Of a DNA stretch of 64,000 nucleotides, positions 29,231-38,441 are shown one piece after another (within the stretch, counting starts at the first letter, position 1; the number at the start of each line of letters is the position of its first letter). The notes below the pieces were generated by a model that saw only the letters and a program-made list of their open reading frames with translations, made no database searches and was not told the origin of the DNA. Position numbers and translations under genes: made by a program. Origin of the DNA: Bradyrhizobiaceae bacterium (GTDB lineage: Bacteria > Pseudomonadota > Alphaproteobacteria > Rhizobiales > Beijerinckiaceae). Location of the stretch: contig JAKFDB010000067.1 in NCBI GenBank assembly GCA_036676315.1, positions 2,180-66,179 on the forward strand. The letters run 5' to 3'.

Positions 29231-29332
29231 CCGCCACTTCGTCAGTATGGATGGCGGTCCCTCCGGTTCATCCAGGCTTCATAGGCCCTGAGCCCGGTCT
29301 CACCTTCCGTCAGGTGCCGGTTGGCGGGAGGG

Positions 29333-29371
29333 TCGGAAAACCGGTTTCCCCTTTTCGGCGGGATGCTCTAG
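29333..29371 (-). repeat. Partial copy of the Rhizobiales TAGAGCAT...GAAAAG...AACCGGTTTTCCG repeat
   Basis: Minus strand CTAGAGCATCCCGCCGAAAAGGGGAAACCGGTTTTCCGA resembles the 61281-61328 element. Confidence 0.5.
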
Positions 29372-29411
29372 GGAGACGGCGCGCCTTCTCGGCACGGCTT
29401 TCTCGGTTGGG

Positions 29412-30347
29412 ATGATGACGGATATCGTTTGTATCGGTGAGCCCCTGGGCGAGTTCAACGCGACGCGCGGCGAGGCGGGGGCCTATCGCTTCGGCCTGGG
29501 TGGAGACACCTCCAATTGCGCCATCGCGGCGGCCAGGCAGGGCGCCAGGGTCGCCTATGCCGGGGCGCTCGGCAATGACGATCCCGGCCGCGCCCTCCGC
29601 ACGGCCTGGGCGCAGGAAGGCATCGACGACCGCCATGTCGCGACCCACCCGTCGGCGCCGACAGGGCTCTACTTCGTGGCGCACGGCCCGCAGGGGCATG
29701 TCTTCTCCTATCTGCGCGCCGGCTCGGCGGCGAGCCTTTACGGCCCGGCCGATCTGCCGACGGAACTGATCGCCTCGGCCAAGGTGGTCCAGGCCTCCGG
29801 CATCAGCCAGGCGATCTCGGCCAGCGCCTGCGATGCGGTGTTCGAGGCTTTCGCGCTGGCGCGCCAGAACGGCGTTCTCACCGCCTACGACACCAATCTG
29901 CGCCTCAAGCTCTGGCCGCTGACGCGGGCGCGGGCGATCATCCATGCCGCTTGCGAGATGGCGGACATCGTCCTGCCGGGCGATGCCGACGCCAAGCTGC
30001 TGACCGGGCTGGAGCAGCCCGACGCCATCGTCGACTTCTATCTGGGGCTGGGCGCCAAGGTCGTGGCGCTGACGCTCGGCCATGAGGGCTCGCTGGTGGC
30101 GACACCCGGGCGGCGCGAGCGCTTCGTGCCGATCAAGGTCGAGGCGATCGACGCGACAGGCGCCGGCGACTGCTATGACGGCGCTTTCCTCGCCGAATAT
30201 ATCCGCACCGGCGACGCCTTCGCCGCCGGAGCCTATGCCAATGTCGCGGCGGCGCTGTCGACCCAGGGCTATGGCGCGGTGGCCCCATTGCCGCGCCGGG
30301 CCGAGATCGAGGCGCGGATCGCAGCAGAGGCGGCTCTCCAGGCATGA
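29412..30347 (+). CDS. PfkB-family sugar kinase (KdgK-like)
   Basis: GGDTSNCAIAAARQG and DATGAGDCYDG. Confidence 0.88.
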   Translation: MMTDIVCIGEPLGEFNATRGEAGAYRFGLGGDTSNCAIAAARQGARVAYAGALGNDDPGRALRTAWAQEGIDDRHVATHPSAPTGLYFVAHGPQGHVFSYLRAGSAASLYGPADLPTELIASAKVVQASGISQAISASACDAVFEAFALARQNGVLTAYDTNLRLKLWPLTRARAIIHAACEMADIVLPGDADAKLLTGLEQPDAIVDFYLGLGAKVVALTLGHEGSLVATPGRRERFVPIKVEAIDATGAGDCYDGAFLAEYIRTGDAFAAGAYANVAAALSTQGYGAVAPLPRRAEIEARIAAEAALQA

Positions 30348-31204
30348 ATATCCCGATCCTGACTGAAGCGGGCGAGCTCCTCGCCCGCTACGAAGTGCTG
30401 ATCAGCGACGTCTGGGGCGTCGTCCATGACGGCGTGCTGGCGCTGCCCCCGGCTTGCGAGACGCTGATGCGCTATCGCGAGGCGGGCGGAATCGTCGTCC
30501 TGCTCTCGAATGCGCCTGGCCCGTCGGAGCAGATCGCCGGCGTGCTCGACGACAAGCGTGTGCCGCGCACCGCCTGGGACCGGCTGGTCACCTCCGGCGA
30601 CGTGACGCGGGCGCTGGTCAGCGCGAGCCATCTGCGCAAGGCCTATCATATCGGCTGGCATGAAGACCGCGCCGTGTTCGATGGCTTCGACGTCGAACTC
30701 GTCGACGAGGCGCAAGCCGAATTCGTCGTTGCGACCGAGCTGAACGACTACCGGACCGAGACGCCGGAGCAGTACCGGCCGCAGCTGGAGCGCTTCGCGG
30801 CGCGGGGCCTGCCCTTCATCTGCGGCAATCCCGATCTCGTCGTGCATGTCGGCGAGGATCTGCTGCCCTGCGCGGGCGCACTGGCGACGATCTATGAGGA
30901 GCTCGGCGGTCGGGTCGCCTGGGCCGGCAAGCCGCATCGGCCGGCCTATGACCTCGCCCTGGCGGCGGTGCGCGACGTGCGCGGCGGCCGCGATGTCGAT
31001 GCCGGCAAGGTGCTGGTGATCGGCGATGCGGTGCGCACCGATCTCGCCGGAGCCCGTTTGATGGGCTTCGACAGCCTGTTCATCGCCGGCGGCATCCATC
31101 GCGACGAGACGATCCGCGACGGCGCGGTCGAGCCGGCGGGACTGGCACAGGTCCTGGCGGCACACCGGCCATTGCCGGTCGCGGCGATGGTGGCGCTGAG
31201 CTGA
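30344..31204 (+). CDS. HAD-superfamily class IIA hydrolase (TIGR01459-like)
   Basis: SDVWGVVHDG, CGNPD, GKPHRPAY and IGDAVRTD. Confidence 0.9.
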   Translation: MNIPILTEAGELLARYEVLISDVWGVVHDGVLALPPACETLMRYREAGGIVVLLSNAPGPSEQIAGVLDDKRVPRTAWDRLVTSGDVTRALVSASHLRKAYHIGWHEDRAVFDGFDVELVDEAQAEFVVATELNDYRTETPEQYRPQLERFAARGLPFICGNPDLVVHVGEDLLPCAGALATIYEELGGRVAWAGKPHRPAYDLALAAVRDVRGGRDVDAGKVLVIGDAVRTDLAGARLMGFDSLFIAGGIHRDETIRDGAVEPAGLAQVLAAHRPLPVAAMVALS

Positions 31205-31232
31205 CGGCGCCAGGCTCGCGCGGAACCGCCGC

Positions 31233-31374
31233 GTCATTCCGGGACGCCGCGGAGCGGCGGGCCCGGAACCCATGAACACGACCTCCCGCGAATACGCCGC
31301 GGTCGTCTCGTCGTATTCGGAGCCGTCCTGGTCATGGGTTCCGGGCTCAGGCCTTTCGGCTGCCCCGGAATGAC
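31233..31374. repeat. CGTC-tagged palindromic intergenic repeat
   Basis: GTCATTCCGGG...CCCGGAATGAC with inner GGAACCCATGA/TCATGGGTTCC; between convergent genes. Confidence 0.85.
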
Positions 31375-31397
31375 GGCAAGGCGCCGGATCTTTCACT

Positions 31398-33764
31398 CTA
31401 CACCGGCGGCGCGTTGGCCTTGCGGACGCGCTCGCCGACCGCCCGGAAGAGACCTTCGAAGGGGCGGAAGACGAAGCGGATCGTCGAGCGGCCGGGCGGC
31501 ACCTGCACGGCGCGGAAGATGACGTTCGCCCGAAGCAGCTCGGCCGGCTTGCCGTTGACCTCGACCTGCCACCAGGGCTGCCAGACATCGTTGAGGACGA
31601 CGAAGCCGCCGCGCGGCGCCTCCGCCTCCAGCGTGACCTCCGTGGTGCCGTAATCGCGGATGCTCACCGTGCCGGGCCCGGCAGCGCCGCCCGGCAGTAC
31701 GGGCGGCGTCCTGTCGAGCAACACCGTGCGCCGCGGATCGAAGCCGGCGGGCCATTGGCCGCTCTTCAGGATGGCGTCGAAATCGGCAGCTTGCGCCTCG
31801 CTGACGAGCAGGACGCGCGGCAGGGCGCGCGGGTTCTCGTAGATGAAGGCGTCGGCAGTGCGGGCGATCTGGATGAGGTCGCCGGGCTTCAGCGCCTTGT
31901 CGATCTGCTCGACCGGCACGCCGGTGGCGATGAAGCGCAGGCCGAGCATGTCGGCGAGCAGCGAGCGATAGGACGGCATCAGCGCCGAGAAGGTCCGCTG
32001 GTCGGGCAGGGCGACATGATCGCCGGCCCCGGTGGCGGCGCTGTAGAGGCCGAGCCGCAGGGGATTGTAGCCCAGCGTGTTGTCGAGGCCGTGGACGAGG
32101 CTGGCATTGGGCCAGTGGAAATCGATGCCGGCGAGCTCGATACGGTCGCGCCGGTCAGGCCCGGCGGTGCGGGCGGTCTCACGCTTGAGCAGTCCGATGG
32201 TCTCGTTGCTGCTGTCGGCGCGCAGCACCTCGTATCTGGATGCGGGCAGCGCCGTCGATTCGCTCGGGCCGTTGTTGACCGAGAGATCGATGGTCATGGT
32301 CATGGCGAGAATGATGGCAGCGCCCATGCCGGCGCCCTGCAGGGCCAGCCCGCGCGCCGCGACGAGGGCGCCTGCGACCAGCAGCAGGCAGAGTGCGGCG
32401 GTGATCAGCGGGATTGCGGCCACGCCGAGCCTTCCGCTCGTCCAGGCCAGCCAGATGGCGAGGCCGAAGGCGCCGCCGAGCAGCGCAACCTCGAGGACGA
32501 TCTGCCAGGGCCGGGGCCGCGGCGCCGTATCCGTCAGGACGAGGTGGGTGAAATAGCCGCCGAGGATCGCGAGCAGTGCGCCGAGGATGAAGAGCGCATC
32601 GGCCGGCCGGCGATAGAGATCGATGCCGGGAAGCGCGGCGAAGAGGATCTGGAAGCCCGGCGTGTAGCGTCCGAGCGCGTAGACCAGCACGAGGATGGCG
32701 GCGATGCTGAGCGCCACGATCTCGCGCCGCCAGAGGCCGCCGCGCACGAGGCCGACACCGACGACCAGCAGCAACGGCAGCAGGCCGAGATAGAGCTCGC
32801 TCATGTTGCGGGCGAGATAGAGATCGACCGGGCCGAAGCGTGCCTCCCAGGCCGGGCTCGGCGGCCCCCAGAAATTCTCCAGCGGGCCGGCGGCGCCATA
32901 GAGATTGGCGACGATCCCGGTCAGCAGCGAGGCCGGGTGCAGCGAGCCCTTGCCGGCACCGGCAAGGTCGATCGCGGGCCGGTTGGATTCCTGGGCCAGG
33001 AAGGCGGTGAGCAGGATCGGTACAGCGGCGACCAGCACCGCGCCGACGACGCCGAGGCAAAGCGGCATCAGGCTGGCCCGGAGGGCCTTCAGCGGCCGGC
33101 TCGCCATGGCGATCGCGGCGAGCACCAGGCCGGAGAGGACATAGACGCCGATCAGCGCGACCTGGTCGCGCCCGAGCACCATGAAGCCGGCGACGATGCC
33201 GGCGCAGAAGCCATAGCTCCAGGAGCCGCGCTCCAGCGCCCGCGAGAGCAGCAGCAGGGTGACGGCGAAATAAGCCAGGCTGAGTACCTGGCCGACATGC
33301 TGGATGCGCCAGGCGGCGGCGGCCCCGAAAGCGAAGGCGAGGGCGCAGACCACAGCGCCGGCCGGATGCCAGTTCCGGTCGCGGAAGACCAGGGCGAGGC
33401 AGAGCGCGCCGACCAGCAGGGAGCCGAGCAGCGCCCCGTCGCTCCAGCGGAAATCCGGGGTCGGGTTGACCAGGGCGATCAGGGCGAAGGGCGGCGAGAA
33501 GATCAGCGATTGCGGATCGGCGACCTGCGGCGAGCCGGCGAAGACGAAGGGCGTCCAGAACGGCGAAAGCCCCTTGTGCAGGGCGCTGGCGAGGAACTGC
33601 AATTGCGGGTGGAAATGCGCCTTGGCGTCCCAGGGAACGGTGAGGACGCCGGAAAGCCAGGGCCAGGACAGGGCGAGCCAGGCGGCGCAGATGATCAGGA
33701 AGACCTTGGCGACGGGCCAGGGTGCGCGCGCTGGCGCGGGATCGGGACGCTCTTGCTCGGACAT
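31398..33764 (-). CDS. YfhO-like polytopic membrane protein (putative GT-C glycosyltransferase)
   Basis: About 13 TM segments, N-terminal PWDAKAHF...WTPFVFAGSPQVADPQ and C-terminal GFVVLNDVWQPWW...RANVIFRAVQVPPG typical of YfhO. Confidence 0.7.
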   Translation of the reverse strand: MSEQERPDPAPARAPWPVAKVFLIICAAWLALSWPWLSGVLTVPWDAKAHFHPQLQFLASALHKGLSPFWTPFVFAGSPQVADPQSLIFSPPFALIALVNPTPDFRWSDGALLGSLLVGALCLALVFRDRNWHPAGAVVCALAFAFGAAAAWRIQHVGQVLSLAYFAVTLLLLSRALERGSWSYGFCAGIVAGFMVLGRDQVALIGVYVLSGLVLAAIAMASRPLKALRASLMPLCLGVVGAVLVAAVPILLTAFLAQESNRPAIDLAGAGKGSLHPASLLTGIVANLYGAAGPLENFWGPPSPAWEARFGPVDLYLARNMSELYLGLLPLLLVVGVGLVRGGLWRREIVALSIAAILVLVYALGRYTPGFQILFAALPGIDLYRRPADALFILGALLAILGGYFTHLVLTDTAPRPRPWQIVLEVALLGGAFGLAIWLAWTSGRLGVAAIPLITAALCLLLVAGALVAARGLALQGAGMGAAIILAMTMTIDLSVNNGPSESTALPASRYEVLRADSSNETIGLLKRETARTAGPDRRDRIELAGIDFHWPNASLVHGLDNTLGYNPLRLGLYSAATGAGDHVALPDQRTFSALMPSYRSLLADMLGLRFIATGVPVEQIDKALKPGDLIQIARTADAFIYENPRALPRVLLVSEAQAADFDAILKSGQWPAGFDPRRTVLLDRTPPVLPGGAAGPGTVSIRDYGTTEVTLEAEAPRGGFVVLNDVWQPWWQVEVNGKPAELLRANVIFRAVQVPPGRSTIRFVFRPFEGLFRAVGERVRKANAPPV

Positions 33765-33788
33765 GGCCGCTTCCTGCCCCAGGCCCCG

Positions 33789-33836
33789 CACGGGATCAAT
33801 GCCCGACACGGGATCAGTGCCCGGCGCGAGGTCAAT
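33789..33836. repeat. 18-nt-period tandem repeat at the ribA 3' end
   Basis: CACGGGATCAATGCCCG (33789), CACGGGATCAGTGCCCG (33807) and a degenerate third copy CGCGAGGTCAAT overlapping the ribA stop. Confidence 0.6.
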
Positions 33837-34959
33837 CCTTCGGTGCGGCCCGCGCCATCAGCGCGTCCATGTCGATGAAATGGCCGGCCCGGTCGCGCTT
33901 CGAGGCGAGGTAGCGGACATTGTGGACGTTGGGGCGCCCGAGCACGCGCTGGGTCGCCGCGACTTCCAGCCCGGCCGCCTTGATCGCGCCGACCTTGAGC
34001 GGGTTGTTGGTCAGCGCCGTGATCCTGCTGACGCCGAGCTGGGTCAGCATCGCGGCGGCGAAGTCGAAATGGCGCTGGTCGAGATCGAAGCCGAGCACTT
34101 CGTCGGCGTCGTAGGTGTCCCAGCCCTGGCTCTGCAGCTTGTAGGCGCGCATCTTGTTGGAGATGCCGTTGCCGCGGCCTTCCTGGTCGAGATAGAGCAG
34201 GATGCCGCCCTCGTTCTGGGCCATCCACTCGACCGTCTCGCGCAACTGGTCGCCGCAATCGCATTTCAGCGAGCCGAACAGGTCGCCGGTCAGGCAGGCG
34301 GAGTGCAGGCGCACCGGTACGGCGGCCGAGAGGTCCGGCTTGCCGACGATGATCGCCACCTGATCGCGCAGGCCCTCGCCGCCGCGGAAGACCACGAATT
34401 CGGTATCGGGCGCGCCTTCCAGCGGCACCGGCGCGCGGCCGACGATGGCGAGCGTCGCCACCTGCGCGGCACGGTAGCCGTTGATGGCGGTGATGTTGGC
34501 CTCGACCAGCGGCTCCCCGGCGATTTGCGCCGCGGCAACCGGCACCAGGACCACCGCCGGCAGGACGAGCGCAAGCCGTGCCAGTTCGAGTGCCGCGGTG
34601 TCGAGCGCGTTGGCCGGACCGACCGGCGCATCGACGCGCGCCTCGATCTTGAGGGCAAGGGCTTCGACGCGGGCGATGTCGATTGCGGGCATGGCGAGGA
34701 CGCCGGTCTCGCTGCGGCCCTTGGCTCCAAGGCGGCGCAGGCGTGCGGCGCTCAGCACCAGCCGGGCATTGCCTTCGGCGAGGCCGTCGAGCCGCCCGGC
34801 GATGTCGGTGTCGGCGAGCTCTGCCGAAAGCGCCAGCGCCAGCGTCTCGCCGTCGCGCAGCAGCACGGGTCGGCCGGCACGGAATTCGGCGAGTGCCCGG
34901 TCGACTGCGATGATCTCGGTCTCGCCGGGACGGCCGAAAAGCGTACGCGACTTAGGCAT
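33832..34959 (-). CDS. ribA: GTP cyclohydrolase II with degenerate RibB-like N-terminal domain
   Basis: VRLHSACLTGDLFGSLKCDCG Zn motif, QEGRG and TNNPLK. Confidence 0.92.
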   Translation of the reverse strand: MPKSRTLFGRPGETEIIAVDRALAEFRAGRPVLLRDGETLALALSAELADTDIAGRLDGLAEGNARLVLSAARLRRLGAKGRSETGVLAMPAIDIARVEALALKIEARVDAPVGPANALDTAALELARLALVLPAVVLVPVAAAQIAGEPLVEANITAINGYRAAQVATLAIVGRAPVPLEGAPDTEFVVFRGGEGLRDQVAIIVGKPDLSAAVPVRLHSACLTGDLFGSLKCDCGDQLRETVEWMAQNEGGILLYLDQEGRGNGISNKMRAYKLQSQGWDTYDADEVLGFDLDQRHFDFAAAMLTQLGVSRITALTNNPLKVGAIKAAGLEVAATQRVLGRPNVHNVRYLASKRDRAGHFIDMDALMARAAPKD

Positions 34960-35060
34960 GGCTGCGTCCGTCAGATTGCGCCGGCTAGCGGCGGAGGAGA
35001 TGGTCTAATACGCTCGTCTCGGCGGGACGGATGCCATCCGGCGCAATACGGCGTTGCTAC

Positions 35061-35085
35061 AACGTGTCCAGTCGTGTGTGGTTCC
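35061..35085 (-). promoter_or_regulatory. EcfG/sigmaT-type promoter upstream of ribA
   Basis: Minus strand GGAAC CACACACGACTGGACA CGTT (N16), about 100 nt upstream of the ATG. Confidence 0.75.
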
Positions 35086-35229
35086 CAAATTCGTGAGCTC
35101 AGCCGGATTTCAGGCGACTTTCGAAAGCCATCCGGTTGGCCGCAGTGTGGCGTATAAGAACGGGACGTTGAACGCGAGATGAATGGCGGTGCCAGGCCCT
35201 AATCTGGGGCATCGAGGGGTGGATGCGAA

Positions 35230-35814
35230 ATGATGCAGGCACATGACCCCATGACCGGGATCGCAGGTCGTGATGCCGTCTACAGCGCCGCGGCGCGGCG
35301 GTTCCACTGGGTCACGGTGGCGGCGGTCTTCGTGATGATCCCGCTGGGCCTTGGCATGACCTATCGCGGCAACACGCTCAATCTCTGGGACGGGCTGACC
35401 AACGGGCTCTATTCCGCGCACAAGCTGCTCGGCTTCATCGTGCTCTGGCTGACTGCCGGCCGGCTGGTCCACCGGCTGCTGCGCGGCGCTCCGCCTGACG
35501 AGCCGACACTCGAATGGTGGCAGAAGGCCGCGTCCCATCTGGTCCATTGGGCGCTCTACGGATTGCTGCTCGCGGTGCCCTTGCTGGGCTGGATCGGGGT
35601 CTCGCTGTTTCCGGCGCTGACGATCTTCGACCTGTTCAACCTGCCGGCGCTGGCCAGGCCCGATGAGGAGGCTGCCAAGCGGGTGCTTGCGCTGCATGGC
35701 TGGCTCGCGAGGCTGCTGGCGCTCGCCATAGTCGGGCATATCGGCGCGGCGCTCTATCACTACTTCATCCGCAAGGATGGCGTGCTGCGGCGCATGCTGC
35801 CGGGGGTGAGATAG
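35230..35814 (+). CDS. Cytochrome b561 (YceJ/CybB-like)
   Basis: RRFHW, HKLLG, SHLVHWALY and HGWL...GHIGAALYHYF...VLRRML heme-ligand pattern. Confidence 0.9.
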   Translation: MMQAHDPMTGIAGRDAVYSAAARRFHWVTVAAVFVMIPLGLGMTYRGNTLNLWDGLTNGLYSAHKLLGFIVLWLTAGRLVHRLLRGAPPDEPTLEWWQKAASHLVHWALYGLLLAVPLLGWIGVSLFPALTIFDLFNLPALARPDEEAAKRVLALHGWLARLLALAIVGHIGAALYHYFIRKDGVLRRMLPGVR

Positions 35815-35817
35815 GCC

Positions 35818-36336
35818 TCACCAACGGCCGTCGGCGGGTTCCCCCGCGGCGATTTCGGCGAGCCGGCGACGTGTGCCGGGCGTCGTGCCTTCCGGCAGGG
35901 CCGAAAGCGCGAAGAAGCCCGCTTCGGCGATCTCGTAATCGGGCCGTTTCGGCGCGGGTGGCGCGAAATCGCGGACCACGAAGACCGCGACATGATCGCG
36001 CTGCGAGCTCTCGCAGCTGAGAAACAGCCCGTGCAGCACGGCCGGCCCGCTCAGCACGACATTGGCCTCCTCGCGTAGCTCCTTGCTGAGCGCCTCGGCG
36101 GCGGTCTCGCCCGGCTCGACGCCGCCGCCCGGCAGGTGCCAGCCGGGCGTGTAGGTGTGGCGCACCAGCAGGACCTCGCCCGCCTCGTTCAGGACGGCGC
36201 CGCGGACGCCCAGCGTCATGCCGCGGCTGACCCGGAAATACAGGTGCAGCACCTGGCCGATCAGGCGCCGCAGCGGCCTGGGCAGCCGATCGATGGGCGC
36301 GCGCGACGGGTTTCGCATCGGAGTCGAACTGCTCAT
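35818..36336 (-). CDS. NUDIX hydrolase (start 36336 or 36318)
   Basis: LPGGGVEPGETAAEALSKELREEA Nudix box. Confidence 0.9.
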   Translation of the reverse strand: MSSSTPMRNPSRAPIDRLPRPLRRLIGQVLHLYFRVSRGMTLGVRGAVLNEAGEVLLVRHTYTPGWHLPGGGVEPGETAAEALSKELREEANVVLSGPAVLHGLFLSCESSQRDHVAVFVVRDFAPPAPKRPDYEIAEAGFFALSALPEGTTPGTRRRLAEIAAGEPADGRW

Positions 36337-36371
36337 TTCAGCGCCATTTTCCAAAGCGTCGCTCAATTGTC

Positions 36372-36388
36372 TATGCAAGGTATGCATA
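36372..36388. promoter_or_regulatory. LysR-type palindrome (T-N11-A)
   Basis: TATGCA-AGGTA-TGCATA, i.e. ATGC-N7-GCAT, in an AT-rich divergent intergenic region. Confidence 0.55.
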
Positions 36389-36474
36389 ACAGCTCTCTGT
36401 TTGGCCTCGGGCTCCAACACAAACGCGCCGCAAATCAGGAGGATAAAGCCGACATCACCGCTGGGGAATTCGTC

Positions 36475-36591
36475 ATGTTGCTCGCCCTCATCACCTCCTG
36501 GTTTCAGGCCAAGCCCGCCTTCGTCTGGAAGCCGGCGTTGACCCTGACCGACCCGCGCATCGTCTCCGAGCTGACCGCCTCGCTCAACTGA
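36475..36591 (+). CDS. Putative 38-aa small protein MLLALITSWFQAKPAFVWKPALTLTDPRIVSELTASLN
   Basis: Nearly all codons end in G/C like host genes; sits in an otherwise empty gap downstream of the palindrome. Confidence 0.6.
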   Translation: MLLALITSWFQAKPAFVWKPALTLTDPRIVSELTASLN

Positions 36592-36674
36592 GCCGGCCGC
36601 GGGCCCTGCGTCACATTCATCCGATTGCGCGTCTGCGCTTGACTGCGCCTGCCTGCTGAGGGCAAGCGCAAGGC

Positions 36675-37574
36675 GTGTTCACGCTTGCGCATCTGTCGGA
36701 CCCGCATCTCGGGCCGCTCGCCCGGTTCTCCCTGCGGGAGCTGATCGGCAAGCGCGCGACCGGCTATGTCAACTGGCGGCGGAAACGCCGCCATGCGCAT
36801 GACATGGAGATCCTCGGGCTGATCGTCGCCGATATCCTGGCGCAGAAGCCCGACCACATCGCCTGCACCGGCGACGTCTCCCATATCGGCCTGCCGAACG
36901 AGTTCAAGACGGCGCTGACCTTCCTCGACACGCTCGGCCCGCGCGAGAAGGTCTCGTTCGTCCCCGGCAATCACGACGCCTATGCCCGCTCCTCGCTGAA
37001 AGCGCTGGCCGGCGAACTCGGTCCCTGGTGCGCCAGCGACGACGGCGAGGCCGGCTACCCCTGGTATCGCCGGCGCGGCCCGGTCGCTCTGATCGGCATG
37101 AACACCGGCATCCCGACGCTGCCGCTGATGGCGACCGGCCGCATCGGCCCGGCGCAGATCGTCCTGGCGGAGCGAATGCTCGCGCAGGCCAAGGCCGACG
37201 GCCTGATCCGCGTCATCCTGATCCATCACCCGCCCTATGTCGGCGGTGCCCGGCGCACCCGTGAACTGCTCGACGCGCCGGCCTTCGAGGCGATGCTGGC
37301 GCGTGTCGGGGCCGACCTCGTCCTGCACGGCCATAATCACCGCTTCTCACTGGCCTGGCGGCCGGGCGCGGGCCGGGACGTGCCGATCGTCGGCGTGCCC
37401 TCGGCCTCGATCGGGCCGCGCGGCGGCCATGGCGAGCTCGCCTCCTGGCATCTGCTGCGGATCGAGGGGACGGCGGAGGCTCCGGCGATCACCCTCGAAC
37501 GGCGCTGCTTCGACCTCGACGGCACGGTGAAGCTGCAGCAGTCGATACCGCTGATCGGCGGCGGGATGGTCTAG
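36675..37574 (+). CDS. Calcineurin-like metallophosphoesterase
   Basis: LSDPH, TGD, VPGNHD, HHPP and LHGHNH motifs; GTG start. Confidence 0.92.
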   Translation: MFTLAHLSDPHLGPLARFSLRELIGKRATGYVNWRRKRRHAHDMEILGLIVADILAQKPDHIACTGDVSHIGLPNEFKTALTFLDTLGPREKVSFVPGNHDAYARSSLKALAGELGPWCASDDGEAGYPWYRRRGPVALIGMNTGIPTLPLMATGRIGPAQIVLAERMLAQAKADGLIRVILIHHPPYVGGARRTRELLDAPAFEAMLARVGADLVLHGHNHRFSLAWRPGAGRDVPIVGVPSASIGPRGGHGELASWHLLRIEGTAEAPAITLERRCFDLDGTVKLQQSIPLIGGGMV

Positions 37575-37585
37575 GAACCGGCGTC

Positions 37586-37681
37586 GTCATTCTCGGGCGA
37601 AGCGCAGCGCAGACCCGAGAATCCCATGACGAGAAGGTGCCTCTTCCGGCGCGAGATGCTCGGATCAAGTCCGAGCATGAC
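37586..37681. repeat. CGTC-tagged palindromic repeat, subfamily B
   Basis: GTCATTCTCGGGCGAAGCGCAGCGCAGACCCGAGAATC...GATGCTCGGATCAAGTCCGAGCATGAC; similar to 52807 and (reversed) 41034. Confidence 0.85.
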
Positions 37682-37694
37682 GCGTGTCTCGCCG

Positions 37695-38441
37695 TCAGAC
37701 GCAGCGGCCGCCGTCGACGGCGAGCACCGAGCCGGTCACCATCTCGGATTCATCCGAGCACAGGAACAGCGCTGCGTTGGCGATGTCCTGCGGCGTCGAG
37801 AAGCGGCCCCAGGGTATCGTCGCGGTGAAGGCCTTGCGCTTCTCCGGCGTGTCCTCGCCCATGAAGGTCGCGAGCAGCGGCGTCTCGCCGGCGACCGGGG
37901 CGATGGCGTTGACGCGGATCCGGTCAGGCGCGAGCTCGACGGCCATCGACTTGGAGAGCAGGTTCGCGGCGCCCTTCGAGCCATTGTACCAGGTCAGACC
38001 GGGCCGGGGGCGCACGCCCGCGGTCGAGCCGATATTGAGGATGACGCCGCCGCCATGCTCGCGGAAATGCGGCACCGTCGCCTTGGCCATCAGGTAGATC
38101 GACTTGACGTTGACGTCGAAGACGCGGTCGAATTCGGCCTCGCTGACGTCGAGCATCGGCTGGTTGCGATGGCTGATGCCGGCATTGTTGACGACGATGT
38201 CGAGCCGGCCGAAGCGGGCGATCACCTTCGCCACGGCGCTGTCGACGCTCTTGCCCTTGCCGACGTCGCAGGCGACCGCGAAGGCCTTGCGGCCGATCGC
38301 CTTAGCCGCTTCCTTCGCCTTGTCGCCGTTGATGTCGAGCACGGCGACGCGGGCGCCCTCGCGCACGAAGGTCTCGGCGATGCCGAAGCCGAACCCCTGC
38401 GCCGCGCCGGTAATCAGCGCGGTCTTGCCCTTCAGTCTCAT
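37695..38441 (-). CDS. SDR family oxidoreductase (FabG-like)
   Basis: TGAAQGFG, NNAG and YNGSK motifs. Confidence 0.92.
   Translation of the reverse strand: MRLKGKTALITGAAQGFGFGIAETFVREGARVAVLDINGDKAKEAAKAIGRKAFAVACDVGKGKSVDSAVAKVIARFGRLDIVVNNAGISHRNQPMLDVSEAEFDRVFDVNVKSIYLMAKATVPHFREHGGGVILNIGSTAGVRPRPGLTWYNGSKGAANLLSKSMAVELAPDRIRVNAIAPVAGETPLLATFMGEDTPEKRKAFTATIPWGRFSTPQDIANAALFLCSDESEMVTGSVLAVDGGRCV

Noticed and set aside
29295-29326. Resemblance to SRP RNA (GCCAACCGG...CGGAAGG on the minus strand)
   Set aside because: The conserved CAGG/AGCA symmetric loop around the GGAA tetraloop is missing; no 6S, TPP, glycine or cobalamin signature either.
34400-34959. Bifunctional RibBA call
   Set aside because: The N-terminal domain lacks the acidic DxxDRENEGD-type catalytic motif of DHBP synthase.
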